64,000 bases of DNA, taken from positions 4,544,001-4,608,000 of the forward strand of contig OZ250165.1 in NCBI GenBank assembly GCA_965238005.1. The letters run 5' to 3'. A model generated the notes under the pieces. It had not been told where the DNA came from. It ran no database searches and saw nothing but the letters and a program-made list of their open reading frames with translations. A program made the translations under genes and the position numbers. Source of the stretch: Longimicrobiales bacterium. GTDB taxonomy: Bacteria; Gemmatimonadota; Gemmatimonadetes; Longimicrobiales; Gaopeijiaceae. How positions within the stretch are numbered: the stretch's first letter is position 1; each line of letters begins with the position of its first letter. Below, piece by piece: positions 29,534-39,053 of the stretch.

Positions 29534-31930
29534 TCACGGCGTGTTGACTTGCAGCGGTGTATGCGACTGCGGCTGCCCCGACGCGGCGTTCACGATCATG
29601 TCCGGCACCACGGGCGTCCGGTTGAAGTAGTGACCGCCCAGCGCGTCGGAAATAGCGCACAACAGCGCGGCGCCGGCACACCCCATTGTGGGCTCTCCCA
29701 CCCCCTTGGACCCTACGGGGTTCTGGGGGTCGGGCTTGTTCACGGCCGCCCACCCCATCTCCAGGGGCCCGTCCAGAAAGGACGGCGGCTTGGTCTGATG
29801 CAGACCGATGGTGCCCGGCAAACCGTATTGGGGGTCGTAGATGTGGCGCTCCAGAGTCGCCATGCCGAAGCCCTGCACGGCCCCGCCCTTTATCTGGGTG
29901 GCAAGCCCCTGGGGATGGATCACGGTTCCGCAATCTGCTACTCCCAGGTAGTCGAGAATCTCGAACTGACCCGTCTCCACGTCGAGCTCGATCCGGATGA
30001 ATCCGGCCGCCAACGCGGGAACGGTCCCGTTGCGCTCCAGGTTGTCCTTGGCCACGCCGACCAGGCCGCTGCCGGCGAGGCCCGCCACGGCGGACTTGGT
30101 CATTTGGTTGAGGTCGTCGGGGACCTCATGGCCGCTGTATTTGCCGCCCAGCTCGACGGCCCGGCGGGCCGCGGCCGCGTAGCTGAGGCGCCGCGACGGA
30201 TTGGCACTCGCGAATACGGTCTCGTTGCCGATGTCGTAGTCGCTCGGCGAGCCGCCCAGCTCCATGGCCGCGATCTCGGTGAGCTTCTGGACGGCGTCCA
30301 TGGCGGGGACGTAGTTGGTCCGGGTCATGGTGAACGACGTGTTGCTGCCGAACTGACCCAGGTTCCAGGGCAGACCCCTGCTCGAGTCGCCGCGGTGGAT
30401 CTCACAGTTCTCCCACTGCATCTCGAGGACCTCGGCGGCGACCCGCGACGTCCCCGCGTAGGAGAACGTGCCCAGGTTGCCCGCGCCCGTGTGAATGTGG
30501 AGCTTGCCGTCTGGCGTGATCCGGACCAGGCCGTCGTACCCGCTCGATCCCGCCGCGTGGAAAGCCTGCCCGACGCCGACCCCGATGACCTTGGAGCCGC
30601 GACGCTGGCCGCTCTGGGCCTTCTTGCCCTCCCAGTCGAACTGCGCGGCGCCGATGTCCAAGGCCTCGCGCATGTAGGCGCTGGTGACGGGCCCCTGATT
30701 GGGACCGTACCGCGAGTCGTTGTCCGGGGCATTGATCCGGCGGATCTCCACCTGATCGATTCCCAGCTGGTGGGCGGCTTTGTCGAGGAGCGGCTCGACG
30801 GCCGTCGCGATCTGGTTCTGGCCGGGACCCCGCTGTGCGCCGGTGGCCGGCGTATTGGTCAGGACGGGAATCCCCCGGAACCGCATGGCCAGCGGCGTAT
30901 AGACGATCGATACGGCGCTGCTGGCCGAATTCCAGTCTCCCCCGCCCGAGTTGGGACCGTTCTCCTGAACGATGTACAGGTCCACCGCCGTCACCCGTCC
31001 GTCATCGCGAAACCCCATCTTGATGCGGCCCTGGAAGCCGGGGCGTGCGGAGCCGATGAAGTTCTCTTCGGCGCGGCTGATGCGCATCAGCACGGGCCGC
31101 CCCGTCTTCTTGGCCATGTAGGCCGGGACGGCCATGACGGGGTAGGCGCTCCCCTTCGAGCCGAAGCCTCCACCGCAGAACTCCGCGATGTAGACCAGGT
31201 CGTCGGGCTCGATCCCGAGATAGCTCGCGAGACCCGGCACCACGTAGCTCTGGCTCTGGGTCGATCCGTAGAGGTAGCACTTCCCGTTCTGCCAGTACGC
31301 CATGGCGCTCCGGGGCTCCATGGAGTGGTGGGATATGTTCGCGGTCACGAAGGTCTCGTCGAGCACCAGCGACGCCTCGGCGAACCCGGCCTCCACGTCA
31401 CCGTACGACCACTCGGCCAACGGCTCCCCCATGGGCAGCCTACCCTCGCCAGCCTTCGCGAAGTCCTCGGCGGTCCACTTGCGCTCTTGAACGCCTTCTC
31501 CCCGCACCACCGTGTTGCCGTCCGTCCTGGCGTTGGGTCCGCCCGGGCGGAGGCTGTCCAGCGGGTCGACGCAGAACGGCAGCGGCTCCAGATCCAACTT
31601 GATGGCCGCGATGGCGTTCTGGGCCGTGGTCTCGTCGACGGCCGCAACCGCCAGAATCGGCTCGCCCACGTAGTGGGGCTCGTTGGTCAGGATGGGATTT
31701 CCTGGTGCGGGGATCTCGGGGACCTCGTCTGCGGTCAGGATGGCGAGGACGCCCTCCATGCTCAGCGCCTCCGACGCGTCGATGCTCCGCACACGGCCGT
31801 GGGGCATGGGGCTCGTCAGGAGCCGGCAGTGGAGCATGCCATCCGCCCGGAAATCCTCTGCGTACTTTGCCCTTCCCGTCACTTTGGCTCGGAGATCAGG
31901 AGGGGCGAAATTCTCACCGATAAGTGCCAT
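29534..31930 (-). CDS. Xanthine dehydrogenase family molybdopterin-binding subunit
   Basis: KVTGRAKYAED, MEPR, CGGGFGSK, ADCGTVIHP, SKGVGEP. Confidence 0.93.
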   Translation of the reverse strand: MALIGENFAPPDLRAKVTGRAKYAEDFRADGMLHCRLLTSPMPHGRVRSIDASEALSMEGVLAILTADEVPEIPAPGNPILTNEPHYVGEPILAVAAVDETTAQNAIAAIKLDLEPLPFCVDPLDSLRPGGPNARTDGNTVVRGEGVQERKWTAEDFAKAGEGRLPMGEPLAEWSYGDVEAGFAEASLVLDETFVTANISHHSMEPRSAMAYWQNGKCYLYGSTQSQSYVVPGLASYLGIEPDDLVYIAEFCGGGFGSKGSAYPVMAVPAYMAKKTGRPVLMRISRAEENFIGSARPGFQGRIKMGFRDDGRVTAVDLYIVQENGPNSGGGDWNSASSAVSIVYTPLAMRFRGIPVLTNTPATGAQRGPGQNQIATAVEPLLDKAAHQLGIDQVEIRRINAPDNDSRYGPNQGPVTSAYMREALDIGAAQFDWEGKKAQSGQRRGSKVIGVGVGQAFHAAGSSGYDGLVRITPDGKLHIHTGAGNLGTFSYAGTSRVAAEVLEMQWENCEIHRGDSSRGLPWNLGQFGSNTSFTMTRTNYVPAMDAVQKLTEIAAMELGGSPSDYDIGNETVFASANPSRRLSYAAAARRAVELGGKYSGHEVPDDLNQMTKSAVAGLAGSGLVGVAKDNLERNGTVPALAAGFIRIELDVETGQFEILDYLGVADCGTVIHPQGLATQIKGGAVQGFGMATLERHIYDPQYGLPGTIGLHQTKPPSFLDGPLEMGWAAVNKPDPQNPVGSKGVGEPTMGCAGAALLCAISDALGGHYFNRTPVVPDMIVNAASGQPQSHTPLQVNTP

Positions 31931-31931
31931 C

Positions 31932-32621
31932 TCAGACCTCCTGCGCCGCGCGCATGACCCCGTTCAGGTAATGATCGTAGGCACCGCATCGGCAGATGTT
32001 GCCCGACATCGCCCGGCGTGCCTCCTGACGGGTCGGATTCGGGTTCGCCCTCAGGAGTCCCACTGCGGCCATCACCTGTCCCGGCGTGCAGAAGCCGCAC
32101 TGGGGAGCCAGCTCGTCGATGAAGGCCTGCTGCACGGGGTGGAGCTCGCCCGAAGGGCTCTCAAGCCCCTCCACCGTGGTGATCTCTCGTCCTCGCACGC
32201 GGTGCGTGAGTGTGGAGCAGGAGTAGTGCGTGAGGTCGTCGATGAGCACTGTGCAGGCGCCGCATTCCGCACGATCACACCCGAGCTTGGTGCCGGTGAG
32301 CCCGAGCTTGTAGCGTAGCGTCATGGCGAGCGTCTCGTTGGGAAGGACGTCCACCCGACGAACCTGCCCGTTCACATTCAACGAGATGAGGCGTTCCGCC
32401 GCGCCGCTCTGAAGGGCGGGTCTGGGACTCGCGTTGGCCAGATACGGCACGCCCGACACGGCCACTCCGGAAGCGATGACTCCCTTGATGAAGCTCCGCC
32501 GCGACATGCCCGAGCGGCCTGCGAGCCAGTCGAAGACCTCGCCGAACTCAGCTTGGGGGGGTGGGGGGGGCACGCTCGACCCTGAGGGACCGACGTCGTG
32601 GGAGAGGTTCCTCTCGGTCAT
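31932..32621 (-). CDS. [2Fe-2S] subunit with Tat motif
   Basis: SRRSFIK; GCDRAECGACT, QCGFCTPG, GNICRCG. Confidence 0.9.
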   Translation of the reverse strand: MTERNLSHDVGPSGSSVPPPPPQAEFGEVFDWLAGRSGMSRRSFIKGVIASGVAVSGVPYLANASPRPALQSGAAERLISLNVNGQVRRVDVLPNETLAMTLRYKLGLTGTKLGCDRAECGACTVLIDDLTHYSCSTLTHRVRGREITTVEGLESPSGELHPVQQAFIDELAPQCGFCTPGQVMAAVGLLRANPNPTRQEARRAMSGNICRCGAYDHYLNGVMRAAQEV

Positions 32622-32789
32622 GTGTCCTGCTCCGTCTAAGGCTACCCGACCAATCGTATGTCGGAGGACACGGGTAAACAATGATTCATCGTCAGACCCG
32701 GGGAAGCGTGGGCGCCACGCTCCACGAGGGAGGACGGGATGGACGCAGCGGCAGGCGCTCGAGCCGGATGCAGGGCCGAGAACGTGCTG

Positions 32790-32917
32790 ACCCGCGCACT
32801 GGACCCGTCCATGCCCATCTCGGACATCCAGACCGTCCACGATGTGCTGGGGGCGCCGTAGTCCAGCCCCGATTCGCCATGGTCCTTCTGGGAGCGTTCG
32901 CGACCCTGGCTGTGGTT
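32790..32917 (+). pseudogene. MacB-like ABC permease internal fragment, frameshifted
   Basis: RALDPSMPISDIQTVHDVL / VVQPRFAMVLLGAFATLAVV. Confidence 0.7.
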
Positions 32918-34020
32918 CATGACGGACTTGATGCCGGGACTCCGCCGCGGCGCATCCGGTCCCGGACCTCGGCGATGTGACGACGGGCGTTGCGCAGCGC
33001 CTGCTGGAGCTGAGCGGGCACCGGGTTGAGCGCCTCGCCTTGCTCGATGAACGCCTCGTACGCCTGGATCGTGGCGGCTCCGCTCTGCACGCGTTGCAGG
33101 GCGCTCTCTGCCCGCTCGAAGTCCCGCTGGCTGCAGACCGCCCGCCGATACGCCACAAAGGCCAGCACGACTGGGCGCTCCGCGGCCGGGAGCGTGGAGG
33201 CCATGCCGTCGCTCTGGTCGAGGGACCGGCGGCCGTCCTCTGTGCGCCCCACAGCGCACTGGGCCTGGCCCAGCGTCAGGTAAGCGTTGAATCCGGGTGA
33301 GTCGAAGGACACGGCCTCCTCCAACGCATTGAGAGCGCCGGCCCACTCACCCAGGTTGATGTGGCTGACTCCCAGTCGAACCAGCGCCTGCTGGTACGCA
33401 GGGGCGTAGGTGCCGGTCCGCCGCGGGGGTTCCACCATGTTCAGGTAGGCCCTCGTGGCCGCCACCCAATCTCCGGCCTGGAACGCCTCGTTCCCCACGC
33501 GCAACGCCGTTCGGTCGATCCCAGCGTCGGGGTCGGTGGGCTGGGACGGTTGAGCGTCCGCGGGGGGACGCGTGTCGGCCCGGACTCCGCCGGCTGCTGG
33601 CCTGGCCCCGCCGGTGCCGGCTACCCGGTCCAACCGCCGTGTCATCCGCACGGTGAAGGGTCCGGCCGATGCCCCGCGTGCCACCGTGAGGACAGTATCC
33701 AGGCGGTGATAGGACCGGGCCTCCAGACGGAGCTCCACCACGAGGCTGTCTTCCGCGACGGCGTGGGTGATGTGGTAGGGCTGGGAGGCCGACACCTGGT
33801 CCACCGCGGAGGCGTCCAAAGTGATGGGCGTCCGCACCAGATACCTCACGGTCAGTTGACCGTCAGCGAGCGCTGCCCCCGTTCCGGCGTCCACCGCTTG
33901 GAGGACGACTTCGCTCGGCTGGGGATCCGTCGCTTGTGCGTCGGTGGACGGGTCCGCCTCACCGGAGCACCCTCCCAGAAGAGTCAAGGAGAACAGGATC
34001 GGGACTTCACGGTGTCGCAT
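32917..34020 (-). CDS. Putative lipoprotein with C-terminal TPR-like repeats
   Basis: LLGGC lipobox; beta-rich N-domain; ALVRLGVSHINLGEW, AYLTLGQAQC. Confidence 0.7.
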   Translation of the reverse strand: MRHREVPILFSLTLLGGCSGEADPSTDAQATDPQPSEVVLQAVDAGTGAALADGQLTVRYLVRTPITLDASAVDQVSASQPYHITHAVAEDSLVVELRLEARSYHRLDTVLTVARGASAGPFTVRMTRRLDRVAGTGGARPAAGGVRADTRPPADAQPSQPTDPDAGIDRTALRVGNEAFQAGDWVAATRAYLNMVEPPRRTGTYAPAYQQALVRLGVSHINLGEWAGALNALEEAVSFDSPGFNAYLTLGQAQCAVGRTEDGRRSLDQSDGMASTLPAAERPVVLAFVAYRRAVCSQRDFERAESALQRVQSGAATIQAYEAFIEQGEALNPVPAQLQQALRNARRHIAEVRDRMRRGGVPASSPS

Positions 34021-34133
34021 GGATGTAAAGGAAGACCGAGGCCCTGGGGTGGCAAGTCCCGATTCTTGTTGACCCGACTTCGCGCCACCCGGTAAGTTCG
34101 TGCCACCACCTTTGGCCACGAGGTACTCGGTCC

Positions 34134-36011
34134 GTGTCCAACCCCGACGAGCCCGACAAGAAGCGACCGCAACCCACCGTCGCCTGGAACCCAAAGGACC
34201 TTCCGGACTTCGAGGAGGGATCTCCGGCGGAGAGCGGCACGCCGCCCGGCGATGAGAGCGCCGGCGCTGGAGGGGCTGGGGACGACCCGGAGGAAGATCT
34301 GCTCGTAGGCACGCTCCTCAGGGACAAGTGGCGCGTTCTGAAGCGCCTCGGAGCCGGCAGTTTCGGGACCGTCTACAAGGTCGAGGACGTGAAGGGCGGC
34401 TGGATCGAGGCGCTGAAGATCCTCGGTGTAGACCGGTTGGTCGGGGCCGAGGCGGAGACCATGAGAAAACGCTTCCTCAGGGAGGCACAGATCATGAAAC
34501 GCCTGGGTACGGAGTCGGCCCACATCGTGGGACTCGCCACTTACGAGGAGGACCTCGAGGCGGGGCTCATCTATTTCCTCATGGAGTATGTCGAGGGCAA
34601 GAGCCTCGCGGATGCGGTCCTCGAGCAAGGCCCCTTCAGCGCCGAGCGGACCATCCGACTGGGCCTCCAGGTCTGTGACGCTCTCATCGCCGCTCACGAG
34701 GGCCCCGAACCAGTCGTGCACCGCGACATGAAGCTCGAGAACGTCATGCTCACCACGGACCGTGCGGGTGAGGAGATCGTGAAGGTGCTCGACTTCGGGA
34801 TCGCGAAGATCGCGGAGCGGGAAACGGACAGTCGCCTGACGACCGTAGGGACGTTGGGCACCCCGGGGTACGCGGCCCCGGAGCAGCTGCGTGCCGAGGA
34901 GGTGGACGGGAGGACCGACCTCTTCGCCTTCGGGGTGATCCTCTACGCCTTGCTCACCGGCCGGGACCCCTGGCTCGGCAATCCGGCCGGTGAGGCGACG
35001 CATCAGATCTACGAGCTCATGGTCGCCACGGAGCGTGGCGACGTGAAGCCCTTCTCCGAGACCGGGGTGGAGGTTTCGCCGGCCATGGAGAACGTGGTCC
35101 TGCGCCTCCTGCGCCGAGACCCTGACGACCGCTTTCCGTCGGCCCGTGAGCTCCGGGACGCCCTCCAGCGGGTGGCGGCCGGGGGAGAGGCGGCGGACGC
35201 GGGCTCACTTCGGGTCCTGACGGATGAGCCGGGTGTGGAGGTCCAGGTCCGCATGGGGCGCCGTACGGTGGCCGAGGGGCCCACTCCGTGCGTGGCCAAC
35301 GGCCTCGGACCCGGTACGTACAAGGTTTCGCTGAAGGACGCTCGCTACGAGCCGGTGGAGACCACGGTGACCCTGGCGGCCGGGGCCATGGAGGACCTCA
35401 CGCTGGTTACCACACCCAGGAGCCGGGGCGTCGCTGCGAGCGTACTGCGGCGTCCGGGACTCGTTGCGGCCGGCGTAGTGGTCGTTCTGCTGGCGGCAGG
35501 GGCGGCCGTCCTCCAACCCTGGGGACGGGCACTGGAATTGGCCGACCTCCAGGCCCGTGCCGCCGAGGCGGGTGTGAGAGGCGTGCGAGTCAGCGCCGAC
35601 GGCATCGAAGGACGGCTTCCGATGGGGCCGGTCGGTGTACCGTTTCGGGTTCGGGTCAGCGAAGAGGATGTGCCGGGGGCCGTGGCGGGGCTCCGCTCGG
35701 CTGGCCTCGACGTGGATACGTCATGGGAGGTGGCGCGTCTGATCGGAATGGCTGCGTCGGCGCAGTCCGAGACACGCTACTTCGGGCGGGACGGAGACGA
35801 CGTGCGCTCCTATGCCCAGAGGGCGGCCACCCTCGAGCCCGAGAGCGCCGAGGCCAGGTCGCTGCTCCTCAAGGTTGCGGAGCCCTTGGCCTGGGACGCA
35901 GAAGCGGCCCGGCAGGACGGCTCTCCCGAAGTGGCGGACCAGCTGGTGCGCGAGTGCCTCTCGCTCGTGCCCGATCATCCCGGCTGCATGGCGGCGGACG
36001 GGGGGAGCTGA
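34134..36011 (+). CDS. Hanks-type Ser/Thr protein kinase with PEGA-like domain and TM helix
   Basis: LGAGSFGTVY, ALKIL, HRDMKLEN, DFG, GTPGYAAPE, DLFAFG. Confidence 0.93.
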   Translation: MSNPDEPDKKRPQPTVAWNPKDLPDFEEGSPAESGTPPGDESAGAGGAGDDPEEDLLVGTLLRDKWRVLKRLGAGSFGTVYKVEDVKGGWIEALKILGVDRLVGAEAETMRKRFLREAQIMKRLGTESAHIVGLATYEEDLEAGLIYFLMEYVEGKSLADAVLEQGPFSAERTIRLGLQVCDALIAAHEGPEPVVHRDMKLENVMLTTDRAGEEIVKVLDFGIAKIAERETDSRLTTVGTLGTPGYAAPEQLRAEEVDGRTDLFAFGVILYALLTGRDPWLGNPAGEATHQIYELMVATERGDVKPFSETGVEVSPAMENVVLRLLRRDPDDRFPSARELRDALQRVAAGGEAADAGSLRVLTDEPGVEVQVRMGRRTVAEGPTPCVANGLGPGTYKVSLKDARYEPVETTVTLAAGAMEDLTLVTTPRSRGVAASVLRRPGLVAAGVVVVLLAAGAAVLQPWGRALELADLQARAAEAGVRGVRVSADGIEGRLPMGPVGVPFRVRVSEEDVPGAVAGLRSAGLDVDTSWEVARLIGMAASAQSETRYFGRDGDDVRSYAQRAATLEPESAEARSLLLKVAEPLAWDAEAARQDGSPEVADQLVRECLSLVPDHPGCMAADGGS

Positions 36012-36138
36012 ACAGGCGTCGCTGGACAGCGGCGCATACGATACGGCATTATCGATCACTCGCCGGCTCGTATGCGCTCCGAGTGTCGTCCCCCCAGGCG
36101 GCCCTACCTGGGAACCGAACGAAGGGAGGAGACGAAGG

Positions 36139-36840
36139 ATGCCGAAGATCACACTGCTCCTGGGCCGGAAGATGATGCAGGTCTACGACCTGGATCAGGC
36201 GGCCATCCGCGTCGGGCGCGAAGAGGATATGGACATCCTCATCGACAACCCGTCGGTGTCGCGGAGGCAGGCGGAGATCCGCCGGGAGGGTGAAGGTTGG
36301 GTCGTCGAGGATCTCGGCTCTTCCAACGGGACCTTCGTTCACGGCCAGAAGATCGAAGGCCCCCAGGCCATCGTGGCCGGTGACGAAATCGGCTTCGGCA
36401 AGTTCTCCATTGTCTTCGACAAGGTGGTGGGGGAAGAGACGGCTTCCGCGAGCCACTCCCGGCCCCAGCCGGCCATGACCGGCTTCGAGGGCACGATGCA
36501 CATCAAGCCGCACGAGGTGAAGGAGCTCTTGAAGGACTCGGAGCGGAAGCGTCGCGCTCACGTCGTCTGGGAGTCGGGCGGTCAGCGGGGCACGCGCTAT
36601 CTGTCGGAGGTGCCCGCGGTCCTCATCGGAACGGGCACTCTCTGCGACGTGATGGTACCGAAGGGGCCCAAACACCATGTCCTGATCATGAGCAGGGAGG
36701 ATGGGTGCGAGGTCAAGAACCTCCACAACTGGACCAAGATGAAGGTAAACGGGGCCGTCAGGAATCCGGCCGACCTGAAAGATGGAGACGTGGTGCAAGT
36801 GGGGGGACTGAAGCTCACCTTCGTGGCGGACATCGCCTGA
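36139..36840 (+). CDS. FHA domain protein (one canonical and one degenerate FHA)
   Basis: VGR, VSRRQA, DLGSSNGTFV; second domain ends VNG..LKDGDVVQVG; GGAGG SD. Confidence 0.88.
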   Translation: MPKITLLLGRKMMQVYDLDQAAIRVGREEDMDILIDNPSVSRRQAEIRREGEGWVVEDLGSSNGTFVHGQKIEGPQAIVAGDEIGFGKFSIVFDKVVGEETASASHSRPQPAMTGFEGTMHIKPHEVKELLKDSERKRRAHVVWESGGQRGTRYLSEVPAVLIGTGTLCDVMVPKGPKHHVLIMSREDGCEVKNLHNWTKMKVNGAVRNPADLKDGDVVQVGGLKLTFVADIA

Positions 36841-36896
36841 GGGACCTGCGAGCTCTCCCTCCCTCCCTGCCCGGGGCACCCTGACCGGCCTAGTCC

Positions 36897-37859
36897 CTAT
36901 CCCCCCAGCACCAGGAACGCGATTACCACCACCACGATGACGACGCCGACGCCGACGCCGACGATCATGCCTACCGGCGGCCCTGTCTGCGGCGGTGTGC
37001 CCGTAACCGAGGTCACAGGCGCCGGACCCGGCTCGTCCGGTGGCGCCGAGGTCTCGATTTCGCTTTCCGCCTGAGCCGGCTCCGGCTCCACCACCTCGTC
37101 CGGTGGATCGAACTCCAGCGGCATGGTGCCTGCTGGGCGCATCCTCGGAACCTCACCGAACTCGGCGATGGCCACCGTGATGTTGTCATCGCTTCCACGC
37201 TCGTAGGCGGCTGACACCAGCGACTGGGCGGCGCCACGGGGGCCTCCCGACTGAGCGAACAGGTCACCGAGGTCGGAATCGCTGAGGGTCTTGTACAGGC
37301 CATCGGAGCAGAGGAGGACGGCCGAGTCACCCTCTACCGGGAAGGGTCCGAAGACGTCGACCTCGACCTCGGGGTCTGTGCCGATGGAGCGAGTGAGGGC
37401 GTCCTTCCACTGTGACGCCAGGGCTTCCTCCTCAGTCTGCCCCCGCTTCTGGGCCTCGGCCACGAAGGAGTGGTCCTCGGTGATTTGGCGTCCGCCCGAC
37501 TCCGAGATTACGTAGCACCGGCTGTCTCCTACGTTGGCGACCGCGTAGCCGTCCCCGTCCAGAAGCATGGCGACCAGCGTCGTTCCCATGCCCCGCTTTC
37601 CGGGCTCCTCCGCCTTGGAGTGGACGCGATCGTTGGCAAGACGGAATGCCTCGTCCAGTGATTGGCCTCCCTCGACGGCCTCCACGAGCGTCTCCAGCGC
37701 GAGGGCGCTGGCGACCTCACCAGCCGCGTGTCCGCCCATTCCGTCGGCGACAGCCAGGAGGATTCGGCCGTCCGACAGGGTGCGTGACAGGACGGAGTCC
37801 TCCTGATACGGCCGCTGGCCCGCAATGGACTCGGTGGCAAGCCGGGGTTGCTGCATCAC
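36897..37859 (-). CDS. PP2C-family Ser/Thr phosphatase with C-terminal TM anchor
   Basis: QED, VADGMGGH, MGTT, NVGDSR, CSDGL, DDNIT. Confidence 0.93.
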   Translation of the reverse strand: MMQQPRLATESIAGQRPYQEDSVLSRTLSDGRILLAVADGMGGHAAGEVASALALETLVEAVEGGQSLDEAFRLANDRVHSKAEEPGKRGMGTTLVAMLLDGDGYAVANVGDSRCYVISESGGRQITEDHSFVAEAQKRGQTEEEALASQWKDALTRSIGTDPEVEVDVFGPFPVEGDSAVLLCSDGLYKTLSDSDLGDLFAQSGGPRGAAQSLVSAAYERGSDDNITVAIAEFGEVPRMRPAGTMPLEFDPPDEVVEPEPAQAESEIETSAPPDEPGPAPVTSVTGTPPQTGPPVGMIVGVGVGVVIVVVVIAFLVLGG

Positions 37860-38096
37860 TCCACTCGTCGGGCGTGGGATCGAAGTGGTCGGGAAGACTT
37901 ACTTACAGATAGGCCGTGGGATGCCGGGTAGCAAGGAATCAGTGGGTGTCACCACCCGCTTCCTAGTCAGAATCGCTTCCCTTTGGTATCCTTGTAACCC
38001 TATGCATGCCGCTGATTCCGGGGGTGATCCCGACGTTGGGGCGCCTCATTGCCATATTGCCCAAGACCTCTCCCTGATGTTCAAGAACAGAACCGC

Positions 38097-39053
38097 GTGA
38101 GTACGTCACCCGCACCCTTCGGCGGCGATGAGTGGGCGCTGATTCTGGGTGGCTCGAGCGGCTTCGGGCTCGCCACCGCACATAAGCTGGCCGAACACGG
38201 GCTCAACTTGTGCATCGTCCACCGCGACCGCCGCGGGGCAATGCGTCGCATCGAGCCGGAGTTCGACCAGGTCCGGAAGCGAGGCGTCTCGCTCCTGACG
38301 TTCAACAAGGATGCCCTGGACTCGGACGTGCGGGCGGAGATTCTCGAAGCCTTGGCCGAGACACTAGGGGCCGAGGGCCGGGTCCGTGTCGTCCTCCACT
38401 CCATCGCCTTCGGCAATCTCAAGTTGATCGGTCCCGAAGCGGCCGCTTCCCATGTGGCCCGGCAGCGGTTGGCGGAAGCCCTCGGGGTCGATGAATCGGC
38501 GTTGGAGGAGGCTGCCGACCGCCTGTTCGAGGAGGGTATCGACGGTGTGCAGGGTCTCACGACGCCACCGGAGTACTCCGGCGACTCCTTCCTGGAGGAG
38601 GAGGACCTGACGCGCACGATCCACGCCATGGGCACCAGCCTCCTGGGTTGGACCCAGGAGCTCCTAGGCCGGGGCATGTTCGCGTCCGACGCCCGCATCC
38701 TGGGTCTCACCAGCGAGGGCAATGAGGTGGCATGGAAGGGCTATGCGGCGGTGGCAGCGGCGAAGGTGGCGCTGCAGTCGGTCTCGCGCTCCATCGCAGT
38801 GGAAATGGCTCCCTTCGGAATTCGGTCGAACATCGTCCAGGCCGGGGTTACGGACACGCCTGCTCTACGCATGATTCCCGGAAGCGCGCATCTGAAAGCC
38901 CAAGCGCGGACCCGGAATCCCTTCGGGCGTCTGACCTCTCCGGAGGACGTCGCCAACGTCATCTATCTCCTGTCTCTGCCCGAGGCCGCTTGGATCAATG
39001 GCGCAGTCATCCGAGTGGACGGAGGAGAGCGTATTTCGGGGGCTTCGCGATGA
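38097..39053 (+). CDS. Enoyl-ACP reductase-like SDR (FabI/FabL type)
   Basis: ILGGSSGFG, Y-x6-K (YAAVAAAK), GVTDTPAL, NPFGR, VDGG. Confidence 0.8.
   Translation: MSTSPAPFGGDEWALILGGSSGFGLATAHKLAEHGLNLCIVHRDRRGAMRRIEPEFDQVRKRGVSLLTFNKDALDSDVRAEILEALAETLGAEGRVRVVLHSIAFGNLKLIGPEAAASHVARQRLAEALGVDESALEEAADRLFEEGIDGVQGLTTPPEYSGDSFLEEEDLTRTIHAMGTSLLGWTQELLGRGMFASDARILGLTSEGNEVAWKGYAAVAAAKVALQSVSRSIAVEMAPFGIRSNIVQAGVTDTPALRMIPGSAHLKAQARTRNPFGRLTSPEDVANVIYLLSLPEAAWINGAVIRVDGGERISGASR

Noticed and set aside
29510..31957. Long antisense ORFs (for example 815 aa here, 8634-10202, 55781-57565)
   Set aside because: Shadow frames of high-GC genes with no motifs; the opposite strand carries clear families.
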